The notes under the pieces: model-generated
Database searches by the model: none
What the model saw: only the letters and a program-made list of their open reading frames with translations
What the model was told of the DNA's origin: nothing
DNA from: a virus
Lineage: Duplodnaviria > Caudoviricetes
Reading direction: 5' to 3' (one strand)
Length of the DNA stretch: 64,000 nt
IMG/VR virus record: IMGVR_UViG_3300028844_003248
Coordinates: 1,540-65,539 of that record
Position numbers and translations under genes: made by a program
In this document: one piece after another, positions 37,066-45,917 of the stretch
Position numbering within the stretch: the stretch's first letter is position 1
How the letters are laid out: every line of letters begins with the position of its first letter

Positions 37066-38014
37066 AATAGCTATCACTGGTGGCGCTGGCTTCATTGGAT
37101 ATCATTTAGCAAAGCACTATGTTGCTCTCGGTCATGATGTGGTTTGTTGCGATAGCTTCAATGACTACTATGATCCACAGCTAAAATATGCAAGAGAGAA
37201 CCAGTTAGAGGGTATAGATGGATGCGAAATCCTAGATCTAACGTGGAGAGAAAGTGTTGCCAAATGGATATATGAAACTGAGCCTGATCTAGTCATTCAC
37301 CTTGCTGCTTATGCTGGCGTCAGATATTCTGTGGAATATCCACAAAAATACATTGACAATAACATCATAGGAACCCAAAACCTCATTGAGGCTTGTGAGA
37401 GTTATGGGGTCCACAAAGTTGTGTATGCCTCTACATCATCTGTCATGTCAGGCAACCCACTGCCCTACAATGAGGCTGATAATCTACCGCACCAGAAGCA
37501 TCCTTATGGTATGACAAAGGTTGCCAATGAGAGCCAGTTCATGGGAAGTAGTATCGACACTACGATAGGATTACGGTTCTTCACTGTATATGGACCATGG
37601 GGTAGACCTGATATGGCACTGTTCGACTTCACGAAAAAGATCATTGCTGGAGAGCCAATCACACTATTCAATAATGGAGATATGATTCGAGACTTTACCT
37701 ATATCGACGATATCGTACAAGGTGTGGATCTTGTAGTGAAGAATGCTCTGAATACGACATTGCCCAAAAAGAAAGATATATACAATATAGGTTATGGAGA
37801 ACAAGTGCAGTTGATGGACTTCGTTGACCATATTGAAAAGAACCTTGGTAGGACTGCTATCAAAGAATACGCACCAATGCACCCAGCAGATGCTCATGCG
37901 ACTTGGAGCGATACAACTAAACTACAGAAACTAGGATACAAACCAACCACTTCGATTGCTGAAGGGGTAGAGGCATTCGTGGCTTGGTATAAAGGATATT
38001 ATAATGTCAACTAA
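37058..38014 (+). CDS. NAD-dependent epimerase (UDP-glucuronate 4-epimerase-like)
   Basis: TGGAGFIG, HLAAYAGVRYS, YGMTK, RFFTVYGPWGRPDMA, RDFTYIDD. Confidence 0.92.
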   Translation: MAKIAITGGAGFIGYHLAKHYVALGHDVVCCDSFNDYYDPQLKYARENQLEGIDGCEILDLTWRESVAKWIYETEPDLVIHLAAYAGVRYSVEYPQKYIDNNIIGTQNLIEACESYGVHKVVYASTSSVMSGNPLPYNEADNLPHQKHPYGMTKVANESQFMGSSIDTTIGLRFFTVYGPWGRPDMALFDFTKKIIAGEPITLFNNGDMIRDFTYIDDIVQGVDLVVKNALNTTLPKKKDIYNIGYGEQVQLMDFVDHIEKNLGRTAIKEYAPMHPADAHATWSDTTKLQKLGYKPTTSIAEGVEAFVAWYKGYYNVN

Positions 38015-38879
38015 AATCGCTATCGTGGGACATGGTTTTGTCGGTAAGGCAGTGGACTATGGGTTCAACTCACCAGACATAGAGAAGATCATCATTGATC
38101 CAATCTTGGGAACAAGTATTGAGGATCTTGATGGTGAAGATCTCACAGCAACTTTCGTGTGCCTACCAACACCTATGGGACAAAATGGGCATATTGATTG
38201 TCAGCTAGTGGCTGAGACTGTAGAATATCTGAAAGAGAATACCTACGGGTTGATCATTGTAAAATCCACGATTACCCCTGATATTGTAAGACGCCTTACC
38301 CTAGCAAAGAATGCTGCGATGCCAACAGACAAACTTTTTAAACCTGCACCTGGTAAACACACTGATAGAGTTGTCTACAATCCAGAGTTCCTAGCAGAAA
38401 GAACAGCAAACGAAGACTTTGCCAATCCACAACTGCATGTGTTTGGTGGACATCCAAACAAGACCAAGGAAGCCGAAGAGTTGTACAAGCAGTACAGCAT
38501 CTGTAAGCCTTGCCAGTCTTTTCATATGAGTGCAGTGGACGCAAGCTTTGTCAAGTACGGTATTAATTCTTACCTTGCTACCAAGGTTGCTTGGTTCAAT
38601 CAATACTATGATATGGTGAACAACCACGGTGGCAACTTCTACAAAGTTCTCAACGCCATTACCCATGATGACCGAGTAGGAACCAGCCATACTGCTGTTC
38701 CAGGTTATGATGGCAAAAGAGGTTTCGGTGGAGCATGTTTTCCCAAAGACACATCTGCCCTACTTGGATTTGACCCATCTCTTACAATCTTACGAGAGGC
38801 ATGTACCATCAACAATGCCATGCGCTCTATGTATGAGAAGGATGACCGTGAGAAAGAACAGAATATTTCTTTCGATTGA
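38004..38879 (+). CDS. ugd: UDP-glucose/GDP-mannose dehydrogenase-like protein
   Basis: GHGFVG, CLPTP, KSTI, NPEFL, GFGGACFPKD. Confidence 0.88.
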   Translation: MSTKIAIVGHGFVGKAVDYGFNSPDIEKIIIDPILGTSIEDLDGEDLTATFVCLPTPMGQNGHIDCQLVAETVEYLKENTYGLIIVKSTITPDIVRRLTLAKNAAMPTDKLFKPAPGKHTDRVVYNPEFLAERTANEDFANPQLHVFGGHPNKTKEAEELYKQYSICKPCQSFHMSAVDASFVKYGINSYLATKVAWFNQYYDMVNNHGGNFYKVLNAITHDDRVGTSHTAVPGYDGKRGFGGACFPKDTSALLGFDPSLTILREACTINNAMRSMYEKDDREKEQNISFD

Positions 38880-38882
38880 CAC

Positions 38883-38911
38883 TTTACATTTTACACCGAA
38901 TCGTGTATAAT
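38883..38911 (+). promoter_or_regulatory. promoter with CGAATCG in the spacer
   Basis: TTTACA-17 bp-TATAAT. Confidence 0.75.
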
Positions 38912-38941
38912 AATCTTAATATTATGAAAACGGAGCAAGAT

Positions 38942-39622
38942 ATGCAACTAAATCAAACGACTATGAATGTACTCAAAAACTTCTCGACGATCAACGATAA
39001 CCTTGTGGTATCGGCTGGTAATGTTGTTAAGTCTATGGGAGAATCTCGAAACATTATGGCGAAGGCAACTCTCGATCAAGAGTTTCCATCTGGCTTTGGC
39101 ATCTATGATTTGGGCGAGTTTCTCAATGTAGTATCACTTGTCGATTCACCTACTCTTGGATTCACAGAAGACTTTGCCACAATCAGTGATGGGTCTGGTC
39201 GATCAAGGGTAAAGTATTTCTTCTCTGATCCAGATATTCTGACAAGCCCAACATCTGATGTAAAAGTATCTGACTGTGAGGTTAGTTTTACTTTGAATAA
39301 TGATACGCTCAATCAGTTGAAACGTGCTGGTGCTGCACTTGGTCATAACTCTCTTTCTATTCGACCTGATGGTAAGAGTTTGAAACTCAGCATTTTTGCT
39401 GAAGACAATCCTACTGGTAACACATACGATACTGTTATCGCTGGTACATTTCCAGAAGGTGCACAGTTCGATTTGATTCTCAATATCCAACACCTCAAAA
39501 TGATTGCTGGTGACTATGAGGTAGAGGTATCTTCTAAGGGTGTTGCTCATCTGACGCATGATGCAGAATGCAAGATGGAATATTGGATTGCACTCGAAAA
39601 ATCTTCAAAGTGGGAGGGATAA
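38942..39622 (+). CDS. gp45: DNA polymerase sliding clamp
   Basis: LKNFSTIN, FGIYDLGEFL, GDYEV, YWIALE. Confidence 0.92.
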   Translation: MQLNQTTMNVLKNFSTINDNLVVSAGNVVKSMGESRNIMAKATLDQEFPSGFGIYDLGEFLNVVSLVDSPTLGFTEDFATISDGSGRSRVKYFFSDPDILTSPTSDVKVSDCEVSFTLNNDTLNQLKRAGAALGHNSLSIRPDGKSLKLSIFAEDNPTGNTYDTVIAGTFPEGAQFDLILNIQHLKMIAGDYEVEVSSKGVAHLTHDAECKMEYWIALEKSSKWEG

Positions 39623-39626
39623 ACTC

Positions 39627-39655
39627 TTGACAGCGAGGCTATGATTCGCTATACT
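39627..39655 (+). promoter_or_regulatory. promoter with TGATTCG in the spacer
   Basis: TTGACA-17 bp-TATACT. Confidence 0.8.
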
Positions 39656-39740
39656 ATACTTACTAACCGCCAATGAAAACTCCCCGATTCAGCTTTGTGT
39701 AAGCCAAACAATCGGATTTCTAAGGAAATGGAGAACTACT

Positions 39741-40961
39741 ATGAAAATGAACCAAGAGCACTTACTTGTCTGGGACAACAAAGTACACACTTGTGCCGCA
39801 CTCAAGCAAACAATTGATCTAGATGAATATTGTGAAAACAACCGCCGCCGAGGTAAGTTTGTCGGATTTGCCTTTCTCAATCTTGATGGTCTAAACACGA
39901 ACACTGCCAACTGGTACAATGACCTAATTCGTCAAAAATCTGTGGACAAGGAAGACCATTTGAAGTTGATGCACTCCATTCGTGCCCGAGGTTGGCTGAA
40001 GTCAGAAAAGCTGCCTTGTGTGAATCGAAACGGAGAAATTATAGACGGACGTAGCCGTATACGAGCAGCGATAGCGCTTGGTATGACACACGTGGCTGTT
40101 GCAGTGTATGATGATGGAGAACTCAGTGAATGCGAGAAAGCGGCACGTGGTACTCTAGCAAACACTGACGCTCTTCCACGAGTCTCTGCAGACTATAAAG
40201 ATTATGTATCCCAATTGACCAAACTTGTTATTTCTGGTGAATTGGAGCAGACAGAAAAGGCGATGAAGGCGCAACTTGTGGATGCTGGATTCGGCTCTCC
40301 AAGTATGTATGATCTAGATTCCAAGTATGGTAAGGAAAAGATGAATAAGTGTATCAAGGAAGCGAACACTGACATTGCCCTACACTTTAATATTAAAAAT
40401 AACGTAGCTGGAGAGTACCTCATCCCCATGGAAAAAGGTCAAGTGATTGAACTAATCAATGATCGGTGGCTTGGGTATGACGTTGAGGGTTCGGTGAATG
40501 AAAGCGCAGAGAAATACAACACAGTGCTTATGGGTATGCATTATTATCAGGACATGCAAAAAGTCATTCATAGCGCTATTCCTGCTGCTGCAGAAAAGGG
40601 TTGGAAAACTCCTCTGAAAATCATCTTCTATGCTTCAAAGGACACAAAACTGAATGATGCTCGATATGGGTATAAAACGTCTATATTGCGCATGCAAGAA
40701 TTTACTTGGCGCTACTGGGCGCAGCAGTTTGTACATGTGCAAAATGTAATCGATTCGGTCTATGATGGTCTGCCCAAGCCAATGCAAGACATACAGCGGC
40801 CCGACGTGATGGGCTATAAAACCGTAAATGCACCATTCACATTTGCTGGTGTTGTTCCACAAGTACGAAACCGAAAATCCCATGAAAAGCCCATGAATGG
40901 TGGTTTTTTGGACAACGTAGTTCCGCTTGAGAAAGGGTACATCTACGACCCAAATGCGTAA
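39741..40961 (+). CDS. ParB/Srx N-terminal-domain protein
   Basis: LMHSIRARGW..IIDGRSRIRAA. Confidence 0.6.
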   Translation: MKMNQEHLLVWDNKVHTCAALKQTIDLDEYCENNRRRGKFVGFAFLNLDGLNTNTANWYNDLIRQKSVDKEDHLKLMHSIRARGWLKSEKLPCVNRNGEIIDGRSRIRAAIALGMTHVAVAVYDDGELSECEKAARGTLANTDALPRVSADYKDYVSQLTKLVISGELEQTEKAMKAQLVDAGFGSPSMYDLDSKYGKEKMNKCIKEANTDIALHFNIKNNVAGEYLIPMEKGQVIELINDRWLGYDVEGSVNESAEKYNTVLMGMHYYQDMQKVIHSAIPAAAEKGWKTPLKIIFYASKDTKLNDARYGYKTSILRMQEFTWRYWAQQFVHVQNVIDSVYDGLPKPMQDIQRPDVMGYKTVNAPFTFAGVVPQVRNRKSHEKPMNGGFLDNVVPLEKGYIYDPNA

Positions 40962-40969
40962 TAAAATCC

Positions 40970-40998
40970 TTGACTACGTTGGCGAATCATGCTAATGT
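40970..40998 (+). promoter_or_regulatory. early promoter with CGAATCA, embedded in an inverted repeat
   Basis: TTGACT-17 bp-TAATGT with TG extension; conserved leader follows. Confidence 0.7.
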
Positions 40999-41029
40999 AG
41001 TCAAGTAATCAAAAGAGAGAGAGAATCAC

Positions 41030-41272
41030 ATGAGCACGATGAACAAAGAACTGGCTCAATTCGTAGAATATGTAGAAAACTTTTATGGTGCTGCTAGTAC
41101 CCTTTACCCAATGGGTGCAACTACAAAGATGATCGTTGCTGCCACTGAAAAGTACATCAACAAAGTTGGCACAGATCCAGAGGTGTCTAACTCATTTTGT
41201 GGTGACAGCCTTGATCGTGAAAATGTTCGTGACATCATGATGGATGACTATGGTTTGGTCTGGCCTTCATGA
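41030..41272 (+). CDS. hypothetical early protein
   Basis: ORF after the conserved leader. Confidence 0.7.
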   Translation: MSTMNKELAQFVEYVENFYGAASTLYPMGATTKMIVAATEKYINKVGTDPEVSNSFCGDSLDRENVRDIMMDDYGLVWPS

Positions 41273-41604
41273 GCATGCACATGATCCGTGGTGTTCAAGT
41301 TCACGGCAAATCAAAGCGTAAGAGGAAAGCTGGCTGGAAGAAAGCCTTGGCTGACCACGAGAAGTTTTTAAAAGAGATGGGTGTCACTGGTAAAGGTGGT
41401 GACGCCCATCTTTCTATACCAGACTATAATACTGGTCCACGTGTAACGTCTGACAAGGTTGCTGGCAATGGTACAGCAAAGCCACAGAATAAATACACAG
41501 GTAATGAGATTGCTGGTATCGTAACCACACACAAATCCAACCTTATGCCTGTGCGTAAGGATAACAAGCAGTCATTCAAAGATGCTGCTAACATGCGGAG
41601 ATAA
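41269..41604 (+). CDS. basic hypothetical protein
   Basis: ATGA overlap; YTG..GI...HKSNLMPV motif. Confidence 0.7.
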   Translation: MSMHMIRGVQVHGKSKRKRKAGWKKALADHEKFLKEMGVTGKGGDAHLSIPDYNTGPRVTSDKVAGNGTAKPQNKYTGNEIAGIVTTHKSNLMPVRKDNKQSFKDAANMRR

Positions 41605-41607
41605 GTA

Positions 41608-41775
41608 ATGGGTAAGTCGAGTGTCGAGTGGCAAGAACTTCATGGTCTGCGTACTTATGTGCAGCATCTAAAAAGTATTAAGGTCAAGGCAACTGGGGAT
41701 AAATTAATAGATACTAATGTTGCTATGAGTATGGCAGATGAGCGAATCAGAGAACTTGAGGATCTTGGTGTATAG
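41608..41775 (+). CDS. small hypothetical protein
   Basis: MGKSSVEWQELHGLRTY... (55 aa) fills the gap. Confidence 0.5.
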   Translation: MGKSSVEWQELHGLRTYVQHLKSIKVKATGDKLIDTNVAMSMADERIRELEDLGV

Positions 41776-42031
41776 TTCTGAGATCAGAAACAGAATCAAG
41801 CTATCAGTAGCAGCCTATGCATACGAGTATAGAGATGACTCTATTATGTCAGATGCCGATTTTGATGCACTCTCATTAGAGATAAATCCGAAGGAAAAAA
41901 CTGGTAACAAGAAAATGGACAACTTTTTTGAAAAGCATTTCCAGCCAGACACTGGCATGTGGATCAGAAATCATCCACAAAAACCACAGTTAGATTACCT
42001 CTACGAAACCTATTATAGAAAGAAGGTATAA
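41738..42031 (+). CDS. stand-alone NAD-dependent DNA ligase domain Ia-like protein; start uncertain
   Basis: AYAYEYRDDSIMSDADFDAL resembles LigA Ia YY..D.P.ISD.EYD.L. Confidence 0.65.
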   Translation: MSESENLRILVYSSEIRNRIKLSVAAYAYEYRDDSIMSDADFDALSLEINPKEKTGNKKMDNFFEKHFQPDTGMWIRNHPQKPQLDYLYETYYRKKV

Positions 42032-42032
42032 G

Positions 42033-42491
42033 ATGTTCAAACTAGCAATCGCTCTCGTTCTACTTGGAACGACAGCAGCAACAGCAAGTAACGTGAACGC
42101 CACAGTTAGCCACAAATATAAGACTGTATGGCGAGACGTTCCTGTTAAATCGAAACAATGTTACAACAAAGAAGTTCCAATTTATGGTACTGTCAGACGT
42201 CAAGGTGATGCTGCGGCAGGTGCTTTGTTTGGTATGATTCTTGGTGGAGTAACAGGTAAGGTCATCTCTGGTAGTGATAAAGGTGCTGCTGGTGGTGCTG
42301 TTATTGGTGGATTGATTGGCGCTGATCAAGGATCGAAGTCACACAATGAAACTGTTATCACTGGCTATAGGAATGAACGTGTATGTGAAGAAGTGGTCAC
42401 ATGGAAAAGCAAAAAAGATCGTGTGTATTCACACTCAATCATTCGCTGGACCGAAGACGGTGTTACAAACGTTCTAGAGTTCCAGCGATGA
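42033..42491 (+). CDS. secreted glycine-zipper protein
   Basis: Signal peptide; GALFGMILGG..GAAGGAVIGGLIG. Confidence 0.75.
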   Translation: MFKLAIALVLLGTTAATASNVNATVSHKYKTVWRDVPVKSKQCYNKEVPIYGTVRRQGDAAAGALFGMILGGVTGKVISGSDKGAAGGAVIGGLIGADQGSKSHNETVITGYRNERVCEEVVTWKSKKDRVYSHSIIRWTEDGVTNVLEFQR

Positions 42492-43555
42492 AGGTTACCG
42501 TAAATCGTGATAGTATTACTGATGAAATCAGTCGTATCATGGATTACGAGTTTAATGGTACATCTGAGTTTATGCCACATAAGTTTAGTCAACTGGATTT
42601 TGAGACTACTCTCAAAGATTTTGGTATTGGTCTTATTGTGGGTCCATCTGGATCTGGTAAGACCACACTGCTTGCCGAGTTTGGATCTGAGGTAGAGCCA
42701 GAGTGGAATCCAGACAAAGCCATTGCTTCCCACTTCAAGGATATCGATGACGTACAGAACAGACTTGGTGCTGTTGGTTTCAACAGTGTGCCATCTTGGA
42801 TGCGTCCATATCACGTCCTATCAAATGGCGAACAGTTTCGTGCCAGACTTGCACGGCAACTCGATAGCAATATCGTGGTTGATGAGTTCACGTCAGTTAT
42901 TGATAGAGATGTGGCTAAGAGTTGCTCACATGCAATCTCACGATATGTTAAGAAAAATGGTTTAAAGAACATTGTATTTTCCTCATGTCACTATGACATT
43001 ATTGAGTGGTTGCAGCCAGATTGGGTATTCGATACCCAAACAGGTAAGCTAACCACAAGGGGGTATCAAAGGCCAGAGATCGTATTGGAAATTCTACCTG
43101 CTACCAGCGAGTCGTGGAAAGACTTCAGCGACCATCACTATCTCGACGGAAATGTCAATAAAGGTGCAGTGTGTTGGGTCGTCATCTGGAACGGTAGACT
43201 TGTCGGATTTCTTTCAAGCATAGCCATGCCTAGTGGCACACTCAAAAATGCTTGGCGAGGTCATCGTACTGTAGTACTGCCAGAGTTCCAAGGATTAGGC
43301 ATCGGAGCCAGAATGACCGAGGCACTTGGTGAGATCCACTTGTCAGAAGGCAAGCGATTCTTTACAAAGACGGCTCACCCTAGGTTAGGTGAATATCGTA
43401 ACAGTTCTCCCAGATGGAGAGGCACAGCCTACAATGGTCAAAGCCGTCCAGACATGGGTGAGGAATATACACACAATAAAAAATACAGCCAAGAACTGAT
43501 GGCGAAACACGCAAACAGAGTCTGCTATGCCCACGAATATGTGGGTGTGACATAA
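42488..43555 (+). CDS. ABC-type ATPase fused to a GNAT acetyltransferase
   Basis: GPSGSGKT, LSNGE, VVDEF; C-terminal RTVVLPEFQGLGIG. Confidence 0.85.
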   Translation: MKVTVNRDSITDEISRIMDYEFNGTSEFMPHKFSQLDFETTLKDFGIGLIVGPSGSGKTTLLAEFGSEVEPEWNPDKAIASHFKDIDDVQNRLGAVGFNSVPSWMRPYHVLSNGEQFRARLARQLDSNIVVDEFTSVIDRDVAKSCSHAISRYVKKNGLKNIVFSSCHYDIIEWLQPDWVFDTQTGKLTTRGYQRPEIVLEILPATSESWKDFSDHHYLDGNVNKGAVCWVVIWNGRLVGFLSSIAMPSGTLKNAWRGHRTVVLPEFQGLGIGARMTEALGEIHLSEGKRFFTKTAHPRLGEYRNSSPRWRGTAYNGQSRPDMGEEYTHNKKYSQELMAKHANRVCYAHEYVGVT

Positions 43556-43590
43556 ACCACACAGTAATAAAAAAGATTTAAAAAGTTTGT

Positions 43591-43617
43591 AATAGGGGTT
43601 GTTGCCCCTATTTTTTT
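43591..43617 (+). terminator. intrinsic terminator overlapping the next early promoter
   Basis: AATAGGGG-TTGTTG-CCCCTATT plus T-run. Confidence 0.6.
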
Positions 43618-43658
43618 ATGCTATACAGTATATGTAATCAACGGAGAAAGGCTCCACC

Positions 43659-43946
43659 ATGAATGTTGAAATTCTTAAAGACTTGATCCATGATCTTGCC
43701 AATGTCAAAGTTTCTTTGAAGGAAGGCAAGCGTGATACCGAGCGTGGTATGAAAAATGCCCTGTCAGGTGATTTCGATTGGAATAAGGATAAGGTTATTG
43801 AGGAACTCGGTGGTGCTGCCAGCGATGCTTGTTTTGAGATCGACAAAGCTTCTGACATGATCTACGATATCTTGGAAGGTCTGGAAAACATGGTCTACAT
43901 GGTAGAGTTCGATGAGGCGGCTCAGAAAGCTGTAAAAAACTTTTAA
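43659..43946 (+). CDS. hypothetical early protein
   Basis: Follows a leader variant TATATGTAATCAACGGAG. Confidence 0.7.
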   Translation: MNVEILKDLIHDLANVKVSLKEGKRDTERGMKNALSGDFDWNKDKVIEELGGAASDACFEIDKASDMIYDILEGLENMVYMVEFDEAAQKAVKNF

Positions 43947-43952
43947 AAAGAG

Positions 43953-43981
43953 TTGACACCGCTTCCGAATCATGCTATAAA
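43953..43981 (+). promoter_or_regulatory. early promoter with CGAATCA
   Basis: TTGACA-17 bp-TATAAA; conserved leader follows. Confidence 0.8.
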
Positions 43982-44012
43982 GTATATGTAATCAAGAGAA
44001 AGAGAGAATCAC

Positions 44013-44426
44013 ATGGCTTATGTTTCCCAAGATCAGAAGAAAAAACTAGCACCTGGCATCAAAGCGGTGCTTGCCAAGTATGGTGTCAAAGGCACTATCG
44101 GTGTCAACCATCATTCTACTTTGGTGGTCAACATCAAAGAAGGCGTTCTTGACTTCATCGGCAATGCTAACAAGAAAAATAAAGAATATGCCGAACGTAC
44201 TGGTAGCCAGTTCTATGAGGTCAAAGACAACTACCAAGCCAATCCTTACCATGCTCAAGATGATGAGGGTGTCTTTGGTGAGTTCTTTGGTGAACTGATC
44301 GCTGCAATGAAAGGTACCGATTGGTTCGATGAGTCGGACATCATGACTGACTACTTCCACACTGCTTGGTACTTGAATATCAATGTCGGCAAATGGAACA
44401 AACCTTACAACTACACAGGAGTGTAA
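44013..44426 (+). CDS. conserved phage hypothetical early protein
   Basis: MAYVSQ..WFDESDIMTDYFHTAWY..IGKW-like motif. Confidence 0.75.
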   Translation: MAYVSQDQKKKLAPGIKAVLAKYGVKGTIGVNHHSTLVVNIKEGVLDFIGNANKKNKEYAERTGSQFYEVKDNYQANPYHAQDDEGVFGEFFGELIAAMKGTDWFDESDIMTDYFHTAWYLNINVGKWNKPYNYTGV

Positions 44427-44428
44427 TC

Positions 44429-44611
44429 ATGGAATACTTCACATTCAAAGCATACGGCAACATCTACAGCAAAAAAGGTGAGAACGGTGTTGCATGTATG
44501 GAAGATGCCAATCGTGAACTACTCTGGACGAATACAGAGACAAAGGATGGTGCTTGGTTCGAAGATGGTCCAAACGCATATCAGTGGATTGAAGGAAACT
44601 TTTTCGACTAA
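44429..44611 (+). CDS. hypothetical protein
   Basis: AGGAG RBS. Confidence 0.6.
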   Translation: MEYFTFKAYGNIYSKKGENGVACMEDANRELLWTNTETKDGAWFEDGPNAYQWIEGNFFD

Positions 44612-44616
44612 AGGGC

Positions 44617-44645
44617 TTGACACGAATCGAATCATGTGCTATACA
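44617..44645 (+). promoter_or_regulatory. early promoter with tandem CGAATCGAATCA
   Basis: TTGACA-17 bp-TATACA; identical to the copy at 44967. Confidence 0.8.
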
Positions 44646-44681
44646 GTATGTATAAGTTAGTTAAACAGAAAGAGAACCATT

Positions 44682-44957
44682 ATGTCTATTAAGAAACTTA
44701 TCGATCAAACTAACCAAGCAATTCGTAAGGTGGAACAGCATCACGCCCCGATAGATACAGAACTTGCCGATCTATATAAAGATGATCTATCTGATTTTGA
44801 ATCAGTACAACGGATGATCAATGCACACGATACTGATGGTGCATCAGTAAAGATCAACGGAATGTGGCATGAACCACGGGAACAGATCGTAATGGCTATT
44901 GCTGATGAGTATGGTAATGGATATGTAGAAACTGTACTAGGTTATGAGGTATCATAA
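44682..44957 (+). CDS. hypothetical early protein
   Basis: ORF directly downstream of the promoter. Confidence 0.7.
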   Translation: MSIKKLIDQTNQAIRKVEQHHAPIDTELADLYKDDLSDFESVQRMINAHDTDGASVKINGMWHEPREQIVMAIADEYGNGYVETVLGYEVS

Positions 44958-44966
44958 AAAAGAGGG

Positions 44967-44995
44967 TTGACACGAATCGAATCATGTGCTATACA
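44967..44995 (+). promoter_or_regulatory. early promoter with tandem CGAATCGAATCA
   Basis: Identical to the copy at 44617. Confidence 0.8.
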
Positions 44996-45027
44996 GTATA
45001 TGTAGACAGAAAAAGAAAGGTCTCACA

Positions 45028-45264
45028 ATGCAAAATCAAATCGACTATATCAATGCTCATAACGGTGGCATCCAGTGTTGTTCTGATGCTGGTGGTCTTG
45101 TTGGCTGGTCCAACACTGCCGAAGGTATCGCATATATCTTGAATACCAAGGGTATTGCGCCTGTCGTCATGGGCAGTTCGTCCATGGATTTTGCTTCTGA
45201 GTACGGTTTCGAAGATGATGAAGGTGCTCAGTGGCTGTGGAAAAAAGCTTTGGAATTGGTCTAA
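45028..45264 (+). CDS. hypothetical early protein
   Basis: MQNQIDYI..MGSSSMDFASEYGF. Confidence 0.7.
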   Translation: MQNQIDYINAHNGGIQCCSDAGGLVGWSNTAEGIAYILNTKGIAPVVMGSSSMDFASEYGFEDDEGAQWLWKKALELV

Positions 45265-45277
45265 GGAGGATCGCACT

Positions 45278-45514
45278 ATGTTTGAAGTTGGTATGGGATT
45301 TGTTCGTGTGTACGGTGATCGCACCGAGTCTGGTAAAATCGATCTGGTCATGGATGGTGAGATCGGAGTGACCTTTGACAACGGCGTCCAGAAAGTATAC
45401 ACGATGGAATGCGTCTTGAACACTCTGGGTCGCCGCATCTTGGTTACTCGTGATTGGACCGAGGAAGAACGGAAAGAACTGGAGTCAGCACGGAAAGAAC
45501 TGGAGTCAGCATAA
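45278..45514 (+). CDS. hypothetical protein
   Basis: AAGGAGG RBS. Confidence 0.7.
   Translation: MFEVGMGFVRVYGDRTESGKIDLVMDGEIGVTFDNGVQKVYTMECVLNTLGRRILVTRDWTEEERKELESARKELESA
45469..45510 (+). repeat. 21 bp tandem duplication
   Basis: ACGGAAAGAACTGGAGTCAGC x2 (RKELESA x2). Confidence 0.95.
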
Positions 45515-45744
45515 TGGACAAGAAAACATTCATGGAAGCTGTATATGGCGCTGTCGGTACTGAGGTATCTGGCTGGTGCCGTGGTACTGAGTTTCTTGGT
45601 GAAATCATCGATACTCGTGTGAAGTACGGTGAAGGTGAGGTACAAGTGACCGTTAAAGACGGTGACGAATATCATTTCATTGATGCATCGTCTATCCTTG
45701 AGGGTGGCGATTCAACCTTTTCTAACTTGCATATATACTTGTAG
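45514..45744 (+). CDS. hypothetical protein
   Basis: TAATG coupling. Confidence 0.65.
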   Translation: MDKKTFMEAVYGAVGTEVSGWCRGTEFLGEIIDTRVKYGEGEVQVTVKDGDEYHFIDASSILEGGDSTFSNLHIYL

Positions 45745-45752
45745 TCTTTAAA

Positions 45753-45829
45753 GGTCTCTTGGCTCAACTGGAGAGAGCAACGGCCTTCTAAGCCGTAGGT
45801 TGCAGGTTCGAGTCCTGCAGAGACCGCCA
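45753..45829 (+). tRNA. tRNA-Arg(TCT)
   Basis: GGTCTCT/AGAGACC acceptor stem, ACGGC-CTTCTAA-GCCGT, TTCGAGT, CCA. Confidence 0.95.
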
Positions 45830-45836
45830 AAACACA

Positions 45837-45913
45837 GCGCCTTTAGCTTAGTTGGTTAAAGCTATCCGCTCATAACGGATTGATCGTAGGTTCGAGTCCT
45901 ACAGGGCGCACCA
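45837..45913 (+). tRNA. tRNA with CAT anticodon, probably Ile2 (lysidine); elongator Met not excluded
   Basis: GCGCCTT/AGGGCGC, ATCCG-CTCATAA-CGGAT, CCA; paired G1-C72, so not an initiator. Confidence 0.9.
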
Positions 45914-45917
45914 AAGG

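Noticed and set aside
42488-43555. ABC transporter
   Set aside because: No membrane component; fused to a GNAT domain
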